This document shows positions 13,082 to 26,764 of a stretch of 64,000 nucleotides of DNA, piece by piece. Source of the DNA: Eledone cirrhosa (lineage: Eukaryota). A program made the position numbers and the translations under genes. The stretch lies in NCBI GenBank assembly GCA_964016885.1, contig OZ024742.1, positions 275,900,001 through 275,964,000 of the forward strand, read 5' to 3'. Under the pieces are notes generated by a model. The model searched no databases. It was given only the letters and a program-made list of their open reading frames with translations, and had not been told where the DNA came from. The stretch's first letter is position 1; the number at the start of each line of letters is the position of its first letter.

Positions 13082-14075
13082 ATCATCATCATCATCATCG
13101 TTTAACGTCCATATTCCATGCTTGCATGGGTTTGGACGGGAGTTTTCCCACTTGAGGCAAGAGTGGTTGTCTTGCTCACATAGGACTGTCTGGCGGGTTT
13201 TCTACGGCAGGATGCCCTTCATAACACCAACCACATTTACAGTGTGGAACTGGGAGGTTTTTACTGTGTTACCTACACGGCCACATTACAGCGTGGACTG
13301 TGTGTTTTTTTGTCGTGACACCTACACGACCTCATTTGTTTCGGGCTGGATGTTGTGGTACCAACATAACTTTAGATTGAAAGGGGTGGTGTGGATGGGG
13401 TGGGGGTAGTGGGACGGGGGTGTATTTTGTTAGAGGTGCCTACTGACTGTAGTAGGTTTCACTTTGTACTTAGGTAAGGCGGGTCTTCTCTATTACTGTG
13501 TAGCGCCAAAGGTCTCGGTCCAGTGACATTGTCTTGGAGAGGTGTAAGTGTGTGAGGTCGGAATTTATCAAGTCGTCCCAGGTTTTTCTGGGTCTGCCTA
13601 CTCCGTGGCTACCGTCTATTTTTATTACCCTGCACTTTTTTATACAGCTGTCGTCTTTCATGCGCATCACGTGACCATACCAACGTAGTCTTCTCTCGAG
13701 TAAACAACATCTGATCCCTCTTATTTCTACTTTTTCCCTTAGTTCGTTTATGCTTCGCCATTCACGTATATTACTATTACACATCCAGCGGAGCATGCAA
13801 GATTCGTTCCTCTCTAGTCTGTGTCAATGATATAACAACCTCCCTATTGTTGGTGATTAAACAATAAAGGCACCAAGTATACTGTAGAACCCTTTAGCAG
13901 CTAATAGTGGTATAAGCTCTCTGAACTTTTTCTTTCCAGTTCTGACTCTAGCTACTGTACTTTCAGAGCACCCTCCCCCACTGCTGATTTTGTCACCTAG
14001 GTAACGGAAGCTGTCCACTATTTCTATAGAACCATCTGTGCAATGGAGTGAGCTAGTATTTTGTGGGCACTTGCT
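13082..14075 (-). mobile_element. RTE-like LINE 3' part with (ATG)n tail
   Basis: FRYLGD...GGCSES; MLRWMC...RRLRWYGHVMR...GRPRKTW. Confidence 0.85.
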
Positions 14076-14589
14076 GCTACTACTATATATATATACAAAC
14101 ACACACACATATATATATATATACACAAACACACACACACACATATATATGTATATATACACAAAAACACACACACACATATATATATATACACACACAT
14201 ATTTATATCTTTTAGCAGAGCATTTTAATATTGCCACTCAATGAAAACCCTTTGTTTGGAATAAATGAATCTTGAAAATTAGGAGTGCCTGTCAGTGTGT
14301 ATGTGTTTGTCTACTTAGCATCAATTTACTACCCTCCCCTACCACCAGAAAATGTATAAATACCACCATATTACATTGACAGTGGGCTTTTCTGATGATT
14401 TCCTCCGAATGAAACAGTTCTAGTCCTGTTGAAGTCATTTCTATATTAAATATATATATATACTCTTTTAGATGTTTCAGCCATCCGGCTGAGACCATGA
14501 TTGAGCACTGCCCTTGTTGCTACACATTCTATCTCCAGCCTGTGTTGGCTGGCCATTCATGTAAGAGGGAGTTCGTTGCTGCTGCCCTT

Positions 14590-15090
14590 AGGTAACCTTC
14601 GTACCGTGATGTGGGCTCATCCGGGATCCTGGATAACAGGTGTCGAGAAGTTTCTTGAAAATATCCACGGCCACACCATGTAGATCTCTCAAATCCCTTG
14701 GCAGTTTGTTGAAGAGTTGAGGGCCTTTGAACCCCAGTCTATTGCAATATCTGCTTCTTGTTCTAGATGTGGAAGACTGGACCTTTGTCACCACACAGTG
14801 ACGTCCTGTTCGGGGGTTGGTCCCGCTCTCAATACCAAAGTTTAGCGCTAGTCCCTCCAGGATTTTCCATATGTATATCACTGTGTATCTCTCCCGTCTT
14901 CGTTCCAAGTTTCAGTTCTTTTAGCCTCTCCCAGTAGCTCATCTCCTTCATCATGCAATCCGCTTGGTGTAGCTTCGTTGGATTGTCTCAAGTTCCGTGG
15001 TTAGTTTGATACTATAGGGTGACCACAGCTGGGAGCAATAGTCCAGGCGGCTTAGGACAAATGGCCTTCATAGTATCAACATGGTCTCCC
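14590..15090 (-). mobile_element. CR1/L2-like LINE fragment
   Basis: LDYCSQLWSP...ERRRERY...GPQLFNKLPRDLR. Confidence 0.75.
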
Positions 15091-15334
15091 GGCCTCATAT
15101 AGAAAACCTCAAATAAAAAGTCAAGATTTGTTTCGATTTAACAGAGCAGAAAGAATTCGCGTCAGAATATTCCAACCAATCCAGCCTATATCAGCTGAAT
15201 AAATATGTATATGGAGATATATATATATACACACCCACATGCACATATATATATATATATATATACACACACGCACACACACACATATATATACACACAC
15301 ACACACTCAAACACACACACATACATACATACAT

Positions 15335-15685
15335 ACATGATGGCTGCCCCCTCGTTATCGAGTATGGCCATTGCACGATATACCATTATTAATAATTATT
15401 AATTAATTCTATCGTGCAATGCCTGTGCATGAAGATATTTTTTTAAATGAGGAAAGACTGTGCACTGAGTCAATCCCACTCTCTGAGCGACAGTAGCTAT
15501 AACCCGAAAAGAAGAAAATATCAACATTATCGGTAACTACTGAGCCGCAGGTTTTATATCGGAGTTTCCTGAGTTGCCTTCTCCTAGAAGAATGCCCTGA
15601 CAAAGGCTAGGGGTCCTTCACTCCCAGTGGTTTAACCGCGCGATCAGGTGTCCAGCCCGATTATTTCTATGTCCCTGCGCATGTA
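15335..15685 (-). mobile_element. Short bipartite non-autonomous RTE derivative
   Basis: 3' end CATGATGGCTGC...GCCAT resembles the LINE end at 15978; the other end resembles an RTE 5' UTR; flanked by (CATA)n. Confidence 0.45.
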
Positions 15686-15954
15686 CATACACATGCACCC
15701 ATGTATATACACATATACATATACATACATATGTACATGTGTATATACATATTTACACACTTTTGGATGGCCGTTGACTCTTATGAGATCTTCCGACCTT
15801 TGTCAGGTTTTGTTTTTTGTCCTGCAGGGTGTCCAAAATCACCCTCCATACCAAGTAAACTTGGTGGGGTTGCCTGTTTAGTCACCGACAACCCGACCAT
15901 GCGACAGGTTGTACTGGGTTACATGTTACCAATAGCACTCAAGAGTGGCCCGAC

Positions 15955-18382
15955 ATACATACATACATACATACTACATGATGGCTGCAAACTCGTGTTC
16001 AAGTATTGCCATCGCCCGATAAAATGTTCAAAAATCTGAAGCACAAATATGACTCTTTAAACCAGCCAAATACTTGCACACACATGGCAACTTTAGGCTC
16101 CCCCGAAACCTTCCATTGCTTTGTTCTGGCTGTATGTTCACATGTATCTTTTAAGACCTCCCATGCTTGTACATTTCTTACACCTTTTCAGATCATAATC
16201 TACATGAGATCTACTGATATGACTTTGTTCATGTCTAATAAAACCAGCTTTGCTCAGGCTGACTCGACCACAGTGCTGGCAAACCAGATGATGTTCAACA
16301 GCAGGCAGTTCAGAACAGTCTCAATCCTCACCTTCCTTTTCAGTGTTAGGTGTCTTCTCCGACGAGTTTCAAAGTGTTCACCATCTGACTTGATCAAACG
16401 TCCCCACTTCACACGCTCGTCAGCCATTTTCTCCCATTCATCAGATGAAATTCCAGCACAAGCCAAGGTGCTCCTGATAGTCCCGGTACCACCTTTTTGG
16501 TTTATGTAGTGGTCGCCTTCCTTCACACAGTTCTCCATAGAGAAGTTACTTTGGAATACGATCATCAGACATCCGGACCATATGACTGCACCACCTCAAA
16601 CGATACCGAAAGATTATGCTCTCTATAGTCACGCACCTGCTCCGTTCTAGAACTTCCAAATCACTGGCAAACATTTTCCACCACACCCCAAGTAACTTAT
16701 GAAGAGATTGTTGGTGAAATCTCTCCAGATCCTTGAGGTGCTTTCTGTATGTGATCCACGTTTCACAAACATAAAGTAAAGAGGAGACAACACAAGTCAG
16801 ATACACTTTCACCTTGGTTTCGATAGTGATACCTCGTCTGGACCATAAACGTTGATGCAGCCGTCCAAAAGCATCACTGGCTTTCTTGATTCTTAAAAAT
16901 ATTTCATTATCATGTGTGCATGAAGTGTTCAACGTACTACCAAGGTAAACAAACTTGTCAGCAACTTTTAGCCTCTTTCCGTACACGTACACACTTGGTG
17001 CAGTGTACTCGTTTCCAGGTACTAGCTGATACATCACAACAGTCTTTTCCAAGCTTATTGTGATGCCCAAAGTGCTGCAAGCTGCAGAAAGAGAGTTCAT
17101 AATATGCTGCATGTTACTTTGTGAGTGTGCAAAAAGATCGCAGTCGTCTGCATACAAAAACTCTCGGATTCTAGATGTTAATACCTTTGTGCTTGTACCA
17201 AAGCGCCTGGTGTTGAACAACCTTCCTGAAGTGCGATACCTGATGTAAACCCCATGAGAACAATATTTGAATGCCATGAGAAACACTATCATAAAATATA
17301 AGGAAAACAGAGTTGGAGCCGGAATGTCCCCCTGCTTCACTCCATTTTCAACTGATATTGGTTCAGAGATGCTACCACCAATACTGACTAAAGCCTTCAT
17401 ATCATCATGTAAAAGATGCAGAATCTTCTACCCTACCTTGGATTTTTTTCCCACAATGCAGTTCGATTGACAGTGTCAAAGGCCTTTGTCAAGTCAACAA
17501 AGACCTGGTAAAGGTCCATACATTGTTCGATACACTTTTCTGAACCCACACTGTGACTCAGGCAACACATTCAGAGCAACTCTTGCGATCAATCTTTCCA
17601 TCAATATTCGACACGACTTTACTAACTACTGAAAGAAGGGATATGACATGATAATTGCCATATTTGTCCTTGCCGTCCTTTCCTTTATGGAGAATCACCA
17701 TGAGCGCATTCTTCTTGTGGGACATTCTCATCTTCCCACACCATTTTCATGAGGTCAGTCAGGCGCTGCGTGCAGTTTTCACCACCACACTTCAAAACCG
17801 CTCCACTCAGACCATCCATACCAGGAGACTTACCACAGTTCAGATTATGCACAACAGAAGTCCCCTCTGCAAGAGAAGATACATTAGCCATCTCATATGC
17901 TTCACTGGTTCAATAGGAATGGAACAAATGAAATCATCATCAACCTGGGATGGCTGGTTTAAGAGCTCATCAAAGTGATCTCTTTATCTGTCGAGTGTCT
18001 TTTGGGTCACGCAGTAATTGCTTGCCATCTTTCGATCTCAAAGGGGCCACTGGAGAGCTGAAAGGGCCATACACCTCTGCGATTAGAAAGTGCGGCAGTT
18101 GAATGCCACTTGAACTTCATCTGCTTTGTTGCTTCACCAGGTATTTTGCATAGCCCTGAGTTTCACCTGCACTTCCTTCTTTACCTGTCTGTAACGCTCA
18201 TAATTGCCACCAACAGAGCTACCACCTTTAAGAACTGCATCAAGTGCCTTTTGTTTTCTGTCTAGCAGAGCCTTGACCTCCTGGTCATTCTCATCAAACC
18301 AGTCCTTGTTTTCTTGTGACAAAGCCAAGGACCTCTGCTGAAGCCTCATAGACCGAGCTCCTGAAGTCCTTCCAGTTGTTCT
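15955..18382 (-). mobile_element. RTE/BovB-like LINE, decayed ORF (RT)
   Basis: GKSPGMDGL, FVDLTKAFD, GVKQGDIPAPTLF, YADD, FVYLGS, RLRWCSHMVRM; stops and frameshifts. Confidence 0.92.
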
Positions 18383-18405
18383 CATACACGCATACATACT
18401 TACAT

Positions 18406-19054
18406 GGCATAGGTTAAGAATAACGTCCGCGAAAATGAAAGTGAATTTTCTGACAAGTGAATGTGTTTTTGTTTTTTTTTACAATGAAAGTTACGATACA
18501 CTCTTTGTTTATTTACAACAGGTCTCTATAGTGATATGGTGTTAATTAGTATTGCGCGTGTGATTATTTTCTCTTATATATATATGTGTGGGTGTGTATA
18601 TGTGTGTATATATATGTGTGTCTGTATGTATATATATATGTGTGTTTGTATATATATATGTGTTTGTGTCATCATCATCGTTTAGATGTTTTTACCCAAA
18701 TCCCTTATCATTCTCTGTCCTTCTTATGATCCGGCCTTAATTTGTTTATAGTTGGTGCCAACTTTGGCAAGATATTACAAAAACATCTAAACGATGATGA
18801 TGACACAAACACATATATATATACAAACACACATATATATATATACATACAGACACACATATACACACCCACACATATATATATAAGAGAAAATAATCAC
18901 ACGCGCAATACTAATTAACACCATATCACTATAGAGACCTGTTGTAAATAAACAAAGAGTGTATCGTAACTTTCATTGTAAAAAAAAAAAAAAACACATT
19001 CACTTGTCAGAAAATTCACTTTCATTTTCGCGGATGTTATTCTTAACCTATGCC
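18406..19054. mobile_element. Palindromic MITE with ~280-bp inverted arms
   Basis: 18406-18692 is the reverse complement of 18779-19054; termini GGCATAGGTTAAGAATAAC...GTTATTCTTAACCTATGCC. Confidence 0.9.
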
Positions 19055-19716
19055 CATACATACATCCATCCATACGTGTATACATACATACATACATACA
19101 TACATACATACAATGGTTAAAGTGTTTGACTGACGACCATAAGTTCATGGGTTCATATTTGGGACCGGGTAGTTATTGAATCAACCTGATATCAATGTTT
19201 ATTATACAGCGCACTTCCTCTTTGGTATATGACATAGTAATATCTAACATCGTACCCATCTAATCTGTTATAATATGATTTACCTTTCCTCTGTGAAGGC
19301 ACATGCCTTAGGGGTTACGGTACTGGACTAACCATTATAAAGTCATGGGCTCGTTTCTTCGATCCTGCAGCATGTTGCGTCCTTCAGTAAAATACTTTAG
19401 TTCGTGTAGCATCTTCTACCAGGACTTGCGGCAGACAGATAATATCAGTAATGGAAAAAACCTTGTTTCATTAGTATGACCTGGAAATCAGTTCCACTTT
19501 ATTTATCTTCTTTATTAAAGGCAATCAAATTATTTTTTATTTTATTCTTTTTCTTATTTTTCCATGTTTGTTAAATAAATTCCAAACAATCGAACTAAAT
19601 TGAAATTTTGTAATAAAATTTCCATAAAAGTTAATGTTTACAATACAATAAAATGTAATAAAATGTATTGAAGTCGACGAAATGTGGACCTTCATTTTTG
19701 AAAGATGGATAATGCT

Positions 19717-19968
19717 ATAAGCAGACCTTACAATATTGTACCACAATTTTCCTTTGTGCAAAAGTGGGCAGCCGAATTTAGGAAAGGATAGGAGATTCTT
19801 GAAGATGACCCAATGTCTGGACGTCCTACAACTGCCACTACCGACGAAAACATTGATCTCAGTACTGCAACACCGATGGAAGAAGTGTGTGGAACGCAAG
19901 GGAGACTATGTTGAAAAATAAACCTCATTTGGTCACATTCCATGAGAGTATTTTTGTCAACCCTCGTA
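19717..19968 (+). mobile_element. mariner internal-deletion derivative
   Basis: EDDPMSGRPTTATTDENID fused to HRWKKCVERKGDYVEK; ends CCCTCGTA, a mariner-type TIR. Confidence 0.8.
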
Positions 19969-20002
19969 TCTATGCGCAATATACGTAAAGATACAGAATT
20001 GC

Positions 20003-20378
20003 GGGCACTACAACGCTATTAGCTGTCATATTTGTTGGTGAAAAAATTTGATTATAAAACTTAAATTTATGAATGACTTGTTTTCTACATTGATAACCAT
20101 GACTTGTTTTCTAATTTGGCCCTTTTAAGGGCCACCTATATTTTCATTTAAGTAACTCCACTTACATCGATATGCTTTATAACCATGACTTGTTTTCTCT
20201 TTGTTTTCTAATTTGGCCCTTTTAAGTCTTTCCTGTCTCTCTCTTCACTATCTCTCCTCTTCCCTCTCTCTCTCAAAAAAAACCGCATGGTAGTAATACG
20301 GAAATAAACGATGTTGACGAGTGACGTCACCTTCGCCTGTTTTCCACTGGACTGACAGCTAATAGCGTTGTAGTGCCC
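20003..20378. mobile_element. MITE with perfect 26-bp TIRs
   Basis: GGGCACTACAACGCTATTAGCTGTCA ... TGACAGCTAATAGCGTTGTAGTGCCC; no TSD visible. Confidence 0.85.
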
Positions 20379-20623
20379 TCTTTTCTCTTCTACACTCTTT
20401 CATTCTTCGCATGTGTATATATATATATTATAGTAGATAAATATGACTACGTTACAAGAACATGTTTCATGCTTAATAGATAATTCTACAGTTGTGAATA
20501 ACACTGAAGAATTCTTTAAAAACGGCAAACGCAGATTGCAGTCAATATCCGGTTGATCATGCACATTAGTAAAATATCAAAAGACTAGGTTGCAGACACA
20601 CATAGTTAAACGAGTGTGTGTAT

Positions 20624-22606
20624 AATAATGAAATTATTGTGTACATTGCTCAGGTGCACTACAACTCATCAAAGGTGCATGTATAGTACATATAATGATG
20701 TACAAATGTCAGGAAAATTAACAGTGTACGAGTCATGAAATACATGTGTGAGTGTGTATGGAGGGGGGGACATCAGGTGTAGTGTTGGCGAATCTCAGGA
20801 AGCATGGAGGTTTTAAGGGATGCAGTGTCTCGACAGCTAACAACTGATGCAGGTAGTTTGTTCCATACTTCAGAAACTGAGCATGTAAAAATGTTTCCGA
20901 AAGTCATGGGAGCTGTGCTGTTTTCTGACTTTGTGGCATGCGCTCGTGTGTTAGACACATGGAAATCAAAAAGGTGCTCAGGGTTGTTGTTGCCAAGATG
21001 GTTAATGATTTTGTAGGTGTTTACCAAGTCAGTTGCCAGACGTCGGAGCGTCAATGTATCCATGCTCAGGGAAACAAGGCGTTCAGAGTATGGTAGATGC
21101 CCGATGGAAGGTATACGCTTGGTTGCACGTCTCTGAACAGATTCCAGAAGGTCAATGTTCTGAGCAAGATAGGGGTTCCAGACTGGTGATGCAAATTCTA
21201 AGTGTGGCTGCACCATAGCTATATACAGTTTTAAATAGATAGCTGGAGAGCGGCTGACAAAGGTCTTGCTGAGTGATGCTAAGACACCCTCGGCCTTCTT
21301 GACAATTTTAGAGACTTGCTTCGTCCAACGCAAATCGTTGCTGACAGTAATGTCCAGGTCACGTTCACAAGAAGACTTCTTGATATTAGTGTTGTGGAGG
21401 GAGTATGTGGACGCTGGGTTTTTACTCCCAAAATGCATAGTGGTACACTTGTCCACAGCCAGCTTCAGTTGCCAGTCCGCGACCCATTGTTTCATTGTGT
21501 CCAGGTCAGATTGCAGGCAAGAGCTATAGTGTTCAGGATCTGTCCTTTTAATCTCAAGGTACAGCTTGATGTCATCTGCATATTCAGTACTGTGCCATTC
21601 TTCAAGTTGGCATCTATATCACTAATATATGCCACAAACAGATCTCTGTGGTACACCAGATGACATCTCATACGGTCAGGAATGCTGTCCTAGAACCATG
21701 ACTACCTCTCTTCGACTGAGAATGAAGGACTTCAACGAGTTAAAAAGATCATCCTTCACACCCATTGCAGAGTTTTGCCATAAGTCTTTTGTGTGGCACA
21801 GAATTGAAAGCTTTAGCAAAGTCAAGGTAAACAACATCCACCCATGAGCCGCCATCAGCGACCTGGGTGATGTCTTCAAGAAACTCGATAAATTGCAGCT
21901 GGAGTTAGGGATAAATCCAAATTATGATGGCCAGATAAGACTGTGAGAGTTCCAAAAGTTCCAAAGTGTTTCTCTGCCACAGGATTCCATCAGTTTGGCA
22001 ATGCAGCTAGTAAGACTGACTGGACAATAGTTCACAGGTGATGTGCAGTCACCCTTTTTGAACAGAGGAATGACACTGGTAGTTTTCCACTGTTCTGGAG
22101 TAGCACTGTTGTTCAGACAGAATTGGAAGAATCATGATAGTTGGTGCAGAAGGAAGTACCCACCACATTTGAGAAGCAGGTATGTAACACCATCAAAACC
22201 AGGAGAGGCAGGGTTGCGTTTGTTTTTAAGGTGATGTCACAGCATTGCAGGTGTAAATTTCATAGTTGTAATAGAATCCGATATCAGAGGTGGTGGAGAT
22301 GGTACACTCTGGTCTTTAACAGTGAAAATGCCTGCATAGCATTCAGTAATGAGTTCTGCACATTCCTTGGGGTCGTCAGTAACCTGGCTTGTGTGGGGAT
22401 TGCGAAGAGGACCAACTGGAGAGTGAGGCCACTGCTTTGAGTGAGCATACTTTCGGAACACCTTACTGTCAGGGCTGGTTGCTATGTGCTGTTCAAATTC
22501 AAGCACTGCTTTTTTGTCACCTGCTTAAGATGATTGGATGATTTATTTTGCTTTTTCCTATTGATATCTGATTTATACAGTTTGTACTCACATTCAGCAT
22601 TATGAC
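20624..22606 (-). mobile_element. CR1/L2-like LINE, 5'-truncated, unit A only
   Basis: YADDIKLY, WQLKLAVDKC, HLEFASPVWNP, LESVQRRATK; GTAT duplicated at both ends; empty site at ~36070. Confidence 0.9.
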
Positions 22607-22647
22607 GTATGTGGAGACATTGAGTATACATATCTATTAATATATCC

Positions 22648-24420
22648 CAGGAGTTCTGAACCAGGTGGGTATTGAGACCACATATCGGCAGACTGGAACT
22701 GTTAGAATATTGATCATTGTATTGCTTTCATGCTCCCCAGTGTGGCATAGAATGTAGAGTGCATCGGTTACCTGCTGCAAGCAGGCTATTAAACTGTGCA
22801 TCACAATCACCTGAACCATAAAGTTCAAAATAGATTACTCATAGGTAGGGCTACAACAAAGGAAAGCCATGCTCCACTGAGTGGTCTGTCTGCAAGTGCC
22901 CTTACGTTTTGTCTAGTCTCCTATCATAAGTACTACCTCACTCTTACCCCTCGGTGAAGTGATGCCACTGCTCTTCTACCGTTACTCCCACAGATGATGT
23001 GTGACTTATGCTGGCAGTTCTGAGCCTTCCTCAGTGGTCTGTGTTACTGAGAAGTCACACTGGGTTTTCTCTCCTCTAGCTCTTGAGTTTTTTTTTTGCC
23101 ACTTTTAGTAGTATTTTATTGATTTCACACTCACACTGGTGGCTCTGCTTCTCTAGTTTTTGTGGTGTTAGCATGGACCATTAACTCCCATATTTATCCA
23201 TTTATATATATTTCTTTTGTGTGCCACCGGCAGCATTTACTTCTTGATGCCAGCCATATTGTAGATTAAATAAAAAATAAAGATAAGTATTTCCCTTTTT
23301 AATCTTTGACTTGTTTTTTTATTTACAGATTTTGGAGCACACCATGACTGACAAAAAAAAAGAGTGTAGAATTATTCATATATTCAATATGGATTCATAT
23401 CCATCATCATTAATGGAGAAGAAAGATCTCTAATGTGTTGTTTGCAATAAAGCTTTGTCAAATGATTCTATGAAACCGACAAAGTTGAAGCAACATTTAC
23501 AAAATTTTCATCCTCAATACAAGAACAAGGACAAAAAATTTTTTGAATGTCATGGGAATGCTCTTAAAATGATGAAGCTGAATTCAACAGGTGCATTCCA
23601 AGAAACAAACCAAAGGGTTACTGAAGCTTCTTATGTCATAGCACTGGAGATAGCAAAGCAGAAAAACCACATACAATTGGGGAAACTTTGATCAAACCTT
23701 GCTCTCTCAAAATGGTGGAAATTGCGTTGGGAAGTGGATTGGAGAACAAACTTATGACAGTTTCACTATCAAACAGTACTGTTCAAAAGAGGATCAGAGA
23801 CATGGCCAATGACATCAAGGATCAAGTTGTGCAGGAGATCAAGTCTGCTGCATTTGGTTTATTTTCGATTCAACTCAATGAATCAACTGATGTGCCATCA
23901 TGTTCCGTTGATGGTGTTTGCAAGGTATGTGTATTCAGGTTCATTTAAAGAAGAGTTTCTCTTTTCATCTCATCTTGAAACAACTACCAAGGATTCTGGT
24001 ATTTTGCAAAAGATTTCATCTTTCCTTGAATCAGAAAATCTTTTGTGGAATAATATCTGTGGGTGCTGTATGACTGGAACACCAGCTATGTTGAATGGTT
24101 GTGAAGAGGAAATGTAACTGAGTGAATATTTGAGCTAAGAGATGAACTAAAACTATTTTTTGAATTTCAGGAGCAGATGAAACTTTTTGCCTGGCTGGAT
24201 GATGACGAATGGATCATGTACCTTGCCTGTTTGGTTGATATTTTTGAGCAGCTGAATAAACTGAATCTTCAGATACAAGGAATACAAACGTCATAAAATT
24301 TGTGGATCCTTTGAACGCTTTCATGAGCAAACTGGAAAATTGGAAGAGAAAGATCAATATCAAAAATGTTGCAATGTTTGAGAAGCTGTCTTCCATTGTT
24401 GTTGGTGGTGGTAAGACCAA
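22648..24420 (+). mobile_element. hAT (Buster/Charlie, ZBED8/FAM200-like) transposon relic, unit A
   Basis: TIR-like CAGGAGTTCTGAACC; YIQYGFIS...LSNDSMKPTKLKQHL (BED finger); LSNSTVQKRI; FSIQLNESTD; frameshifted. Confidence 0.88.
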
Positions 24421-24429
24421 GTGTTCCAC

Positions 24430-25020
24430 AATAATGTTCCTTATATTTTCAATTGTAATTCAACAATTTCTTTGTCAATTTTGTAATCTAGGCAGACCAT
24501 GCAACTTGTTCAATCTATTCTGAATCAATGGGTCCATATTCAGCTGCGAAGCGTTATCTGTCCTTGGCATTCTTCTTCGACAACCAAGCCTTCTTTGCCC
24601 ATCTTTTTGAAGATATTCCAGATTTTTCAGCCTTCTGATGACAGTCTTTCTTCATAGACCCTTTCTATCACTAGTTTTGAATTATTTGTTCATAATTGTC
24701 AAGGTTACCTTCTTGTCTCACAGGGCAACAAATTTCAGCCTGTGGTCATCTCTTTTTGTTGAAGGATTTGGATGACTAGAATCAAATATTATTGCAACAG
24801 AGTCTTTCTGTTCCTAGTGCAGGCCAATCTGTTTGACAGTCGACAAGGATGTTTGCACATTCTTCATTTTCCAGATGGTAAAAATTTGTTTATAATTCAT
24901 TCCAGAAATTTGGTTTTTCATCTTTTCATCAAGATGATAGCGTAATTTCTTTGGTGACATAAGACAATTGTAATTAAGATTTAGTTTATATTCATTCAAA
25001 GTTGAAAATAAAGAAAAGTC
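24430..25020 (-). mobile_element. Tc1-like transposase relic (paralog at ~41040-41595)
   Basis: Decayed N-terminal HTH with TKRDDHRL and AKKAWLSKKNAKDR*RFA-type motifs. Confidence 0.6.
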
Positions 25021-25119
25021 CATCTGAAATATTACAATTTAGGAAAAACAACATTTTCTAGAAAACAGCAGAGCCAGAGCTCCTTTCTTTGGCTGGGATG
25101 TATATATATATATGTATGT

Positions 25120-26240
25120 GTGTGAAAAAGGCCTTGACAGAGTACCACAGTTTGTTATCTGAAACTGGATGTAGATGAGTAATGCAAGACATGTACAAAG
25201 GAGCTGTCAGTAAAATTAGTGTATGTAATGAGTTTAGTGGGGAATACAATGTGCATGTAAGTGTTCATTACAACTAAGTACTCAGCTCCTATCTGTTTAT
25301 TATGGTTCTCCCTGCCATAACAGAGAATTTTACATCTGGCTATCCATGACAATTTCTGTATGCTGACGACCTTGCTCTTATAGAGTTTCAGAAGAAATTC
25401 AAGTTGTGGAAACAGAACTTAGAATCTTGTAGAGACCAAAGTGTTAGTAAGTAGGAAGACTGATTTCATCAAGGAAGTGAGTGGCAGTGCACGATATGTA
25501 TATTGGTAGAATAGAAACTCTATACGATGTACTTAATGTAACATGTTGGTACACAAGATATGCAGTGGGATTGCTAGCAGGCAGACAAAAAAAGATAGAC
25601 TTTTCATGTGGCAGATGCAAAGAATAGTTTGTAGTTTGTAATAAGAGCAGTAGGGAAATGAAAATTTTCCAATCATAGATACTATAGAAGTAGTGGATAG
25701 TTTCTGTTATTTAGGTGACATAATTAGCAGTGGAGGAGCTTGCTCTATAAGCAAAGCCTAGATTGTATGATGTCTCCAGTGAGCTATGAACAGTAAATTT
25801 CTGAGGATATACAAAAGCAGGAGAGAAATGAAGTGAACATGTTTCGTTGAATGTGGAATGTTAGTGTTCATAAATAATTGTTTCTACTATTGGCACAAGG
25901 CCAGCAATTATCCAGTACATTACTGGTACTTTATTTTATCGACCCCATTAGTGTTCATAAATAATGGGGCATGGAGGAACTGAGAGAAAAGCTGAGTATA
26001 AGAGAAATCAGATGTAGTCTGCAAGGGAGAAGACTTTGCTGGTTTGATGATGAATGGTGGGTGAAGAATTGTCCTTCCCTGTGGGAGGGAGCTGCAGTAG
26101 AGTAAGGTCAAGGAAGACATAAGTCAATGTAGTGAAATTAGATCTCAAAACGCTGTACCTGACAGAGATGACAAAGAAACACAGTAGGTTGAGGGAAGCT
26201 ATGCTGGAAAAGATCTGTCCAATCCATACAAGCATAGTGT
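25120..26240 (+). mobile_element. Decayed RTE-like LINE
   Basis: LYADDLAL; VVDSFCYLGDIISSGG. Confidence 0.7.
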
Positions 26241-26764
26241 GCTGCTATACTCTGTCTCTAAGTGCATGGGTCATGGTGAAGTAACTTTGTAGGTGTTATA
26301 GGTATAGGTATGTGCATGTCATTGTCATCATCATCAAACACACCAGAGTACTCAAAACTTAGGGTAGTAGAGTGGGTAATAGGAAAATGTTTGACCCCGA
26401 CGGCAGGGCTCAAGCCGTTTCGACGACTATTTCTGGACTCAGATATCGATGTAAAAAGACAGGAAAATCTGCTTCGTAGAATCAAGACGTATCTGAGGAC
26501 CTTGCGATTTTCAGAGTCAGGTTCGGTCATCACATCGATTGTGCCTTGAGCTGGTCGCTAGAGAAACGATTGTAATATGTCCAATAAATTCCATTCGTCT
26601 CAAAACTGATTCTCTTTTTTTCTGTGATATCTTACTCTGCTCTATGAAAGCATCGAGTGCTCAAACGGCCTACAGCATACAGGCACTTTAAGCATCCAAC
26701 ACCAATTATATATATAAATACACAATGTAAATAATAATCAAAGAGTATTTAATCTTTCAAACAT

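Noticed and set aside
23343-24420. Domesticated ZBED8/FAM200-like host gene
   Set aside because: All three copies have stops, frameshifts, deletions or insertions.
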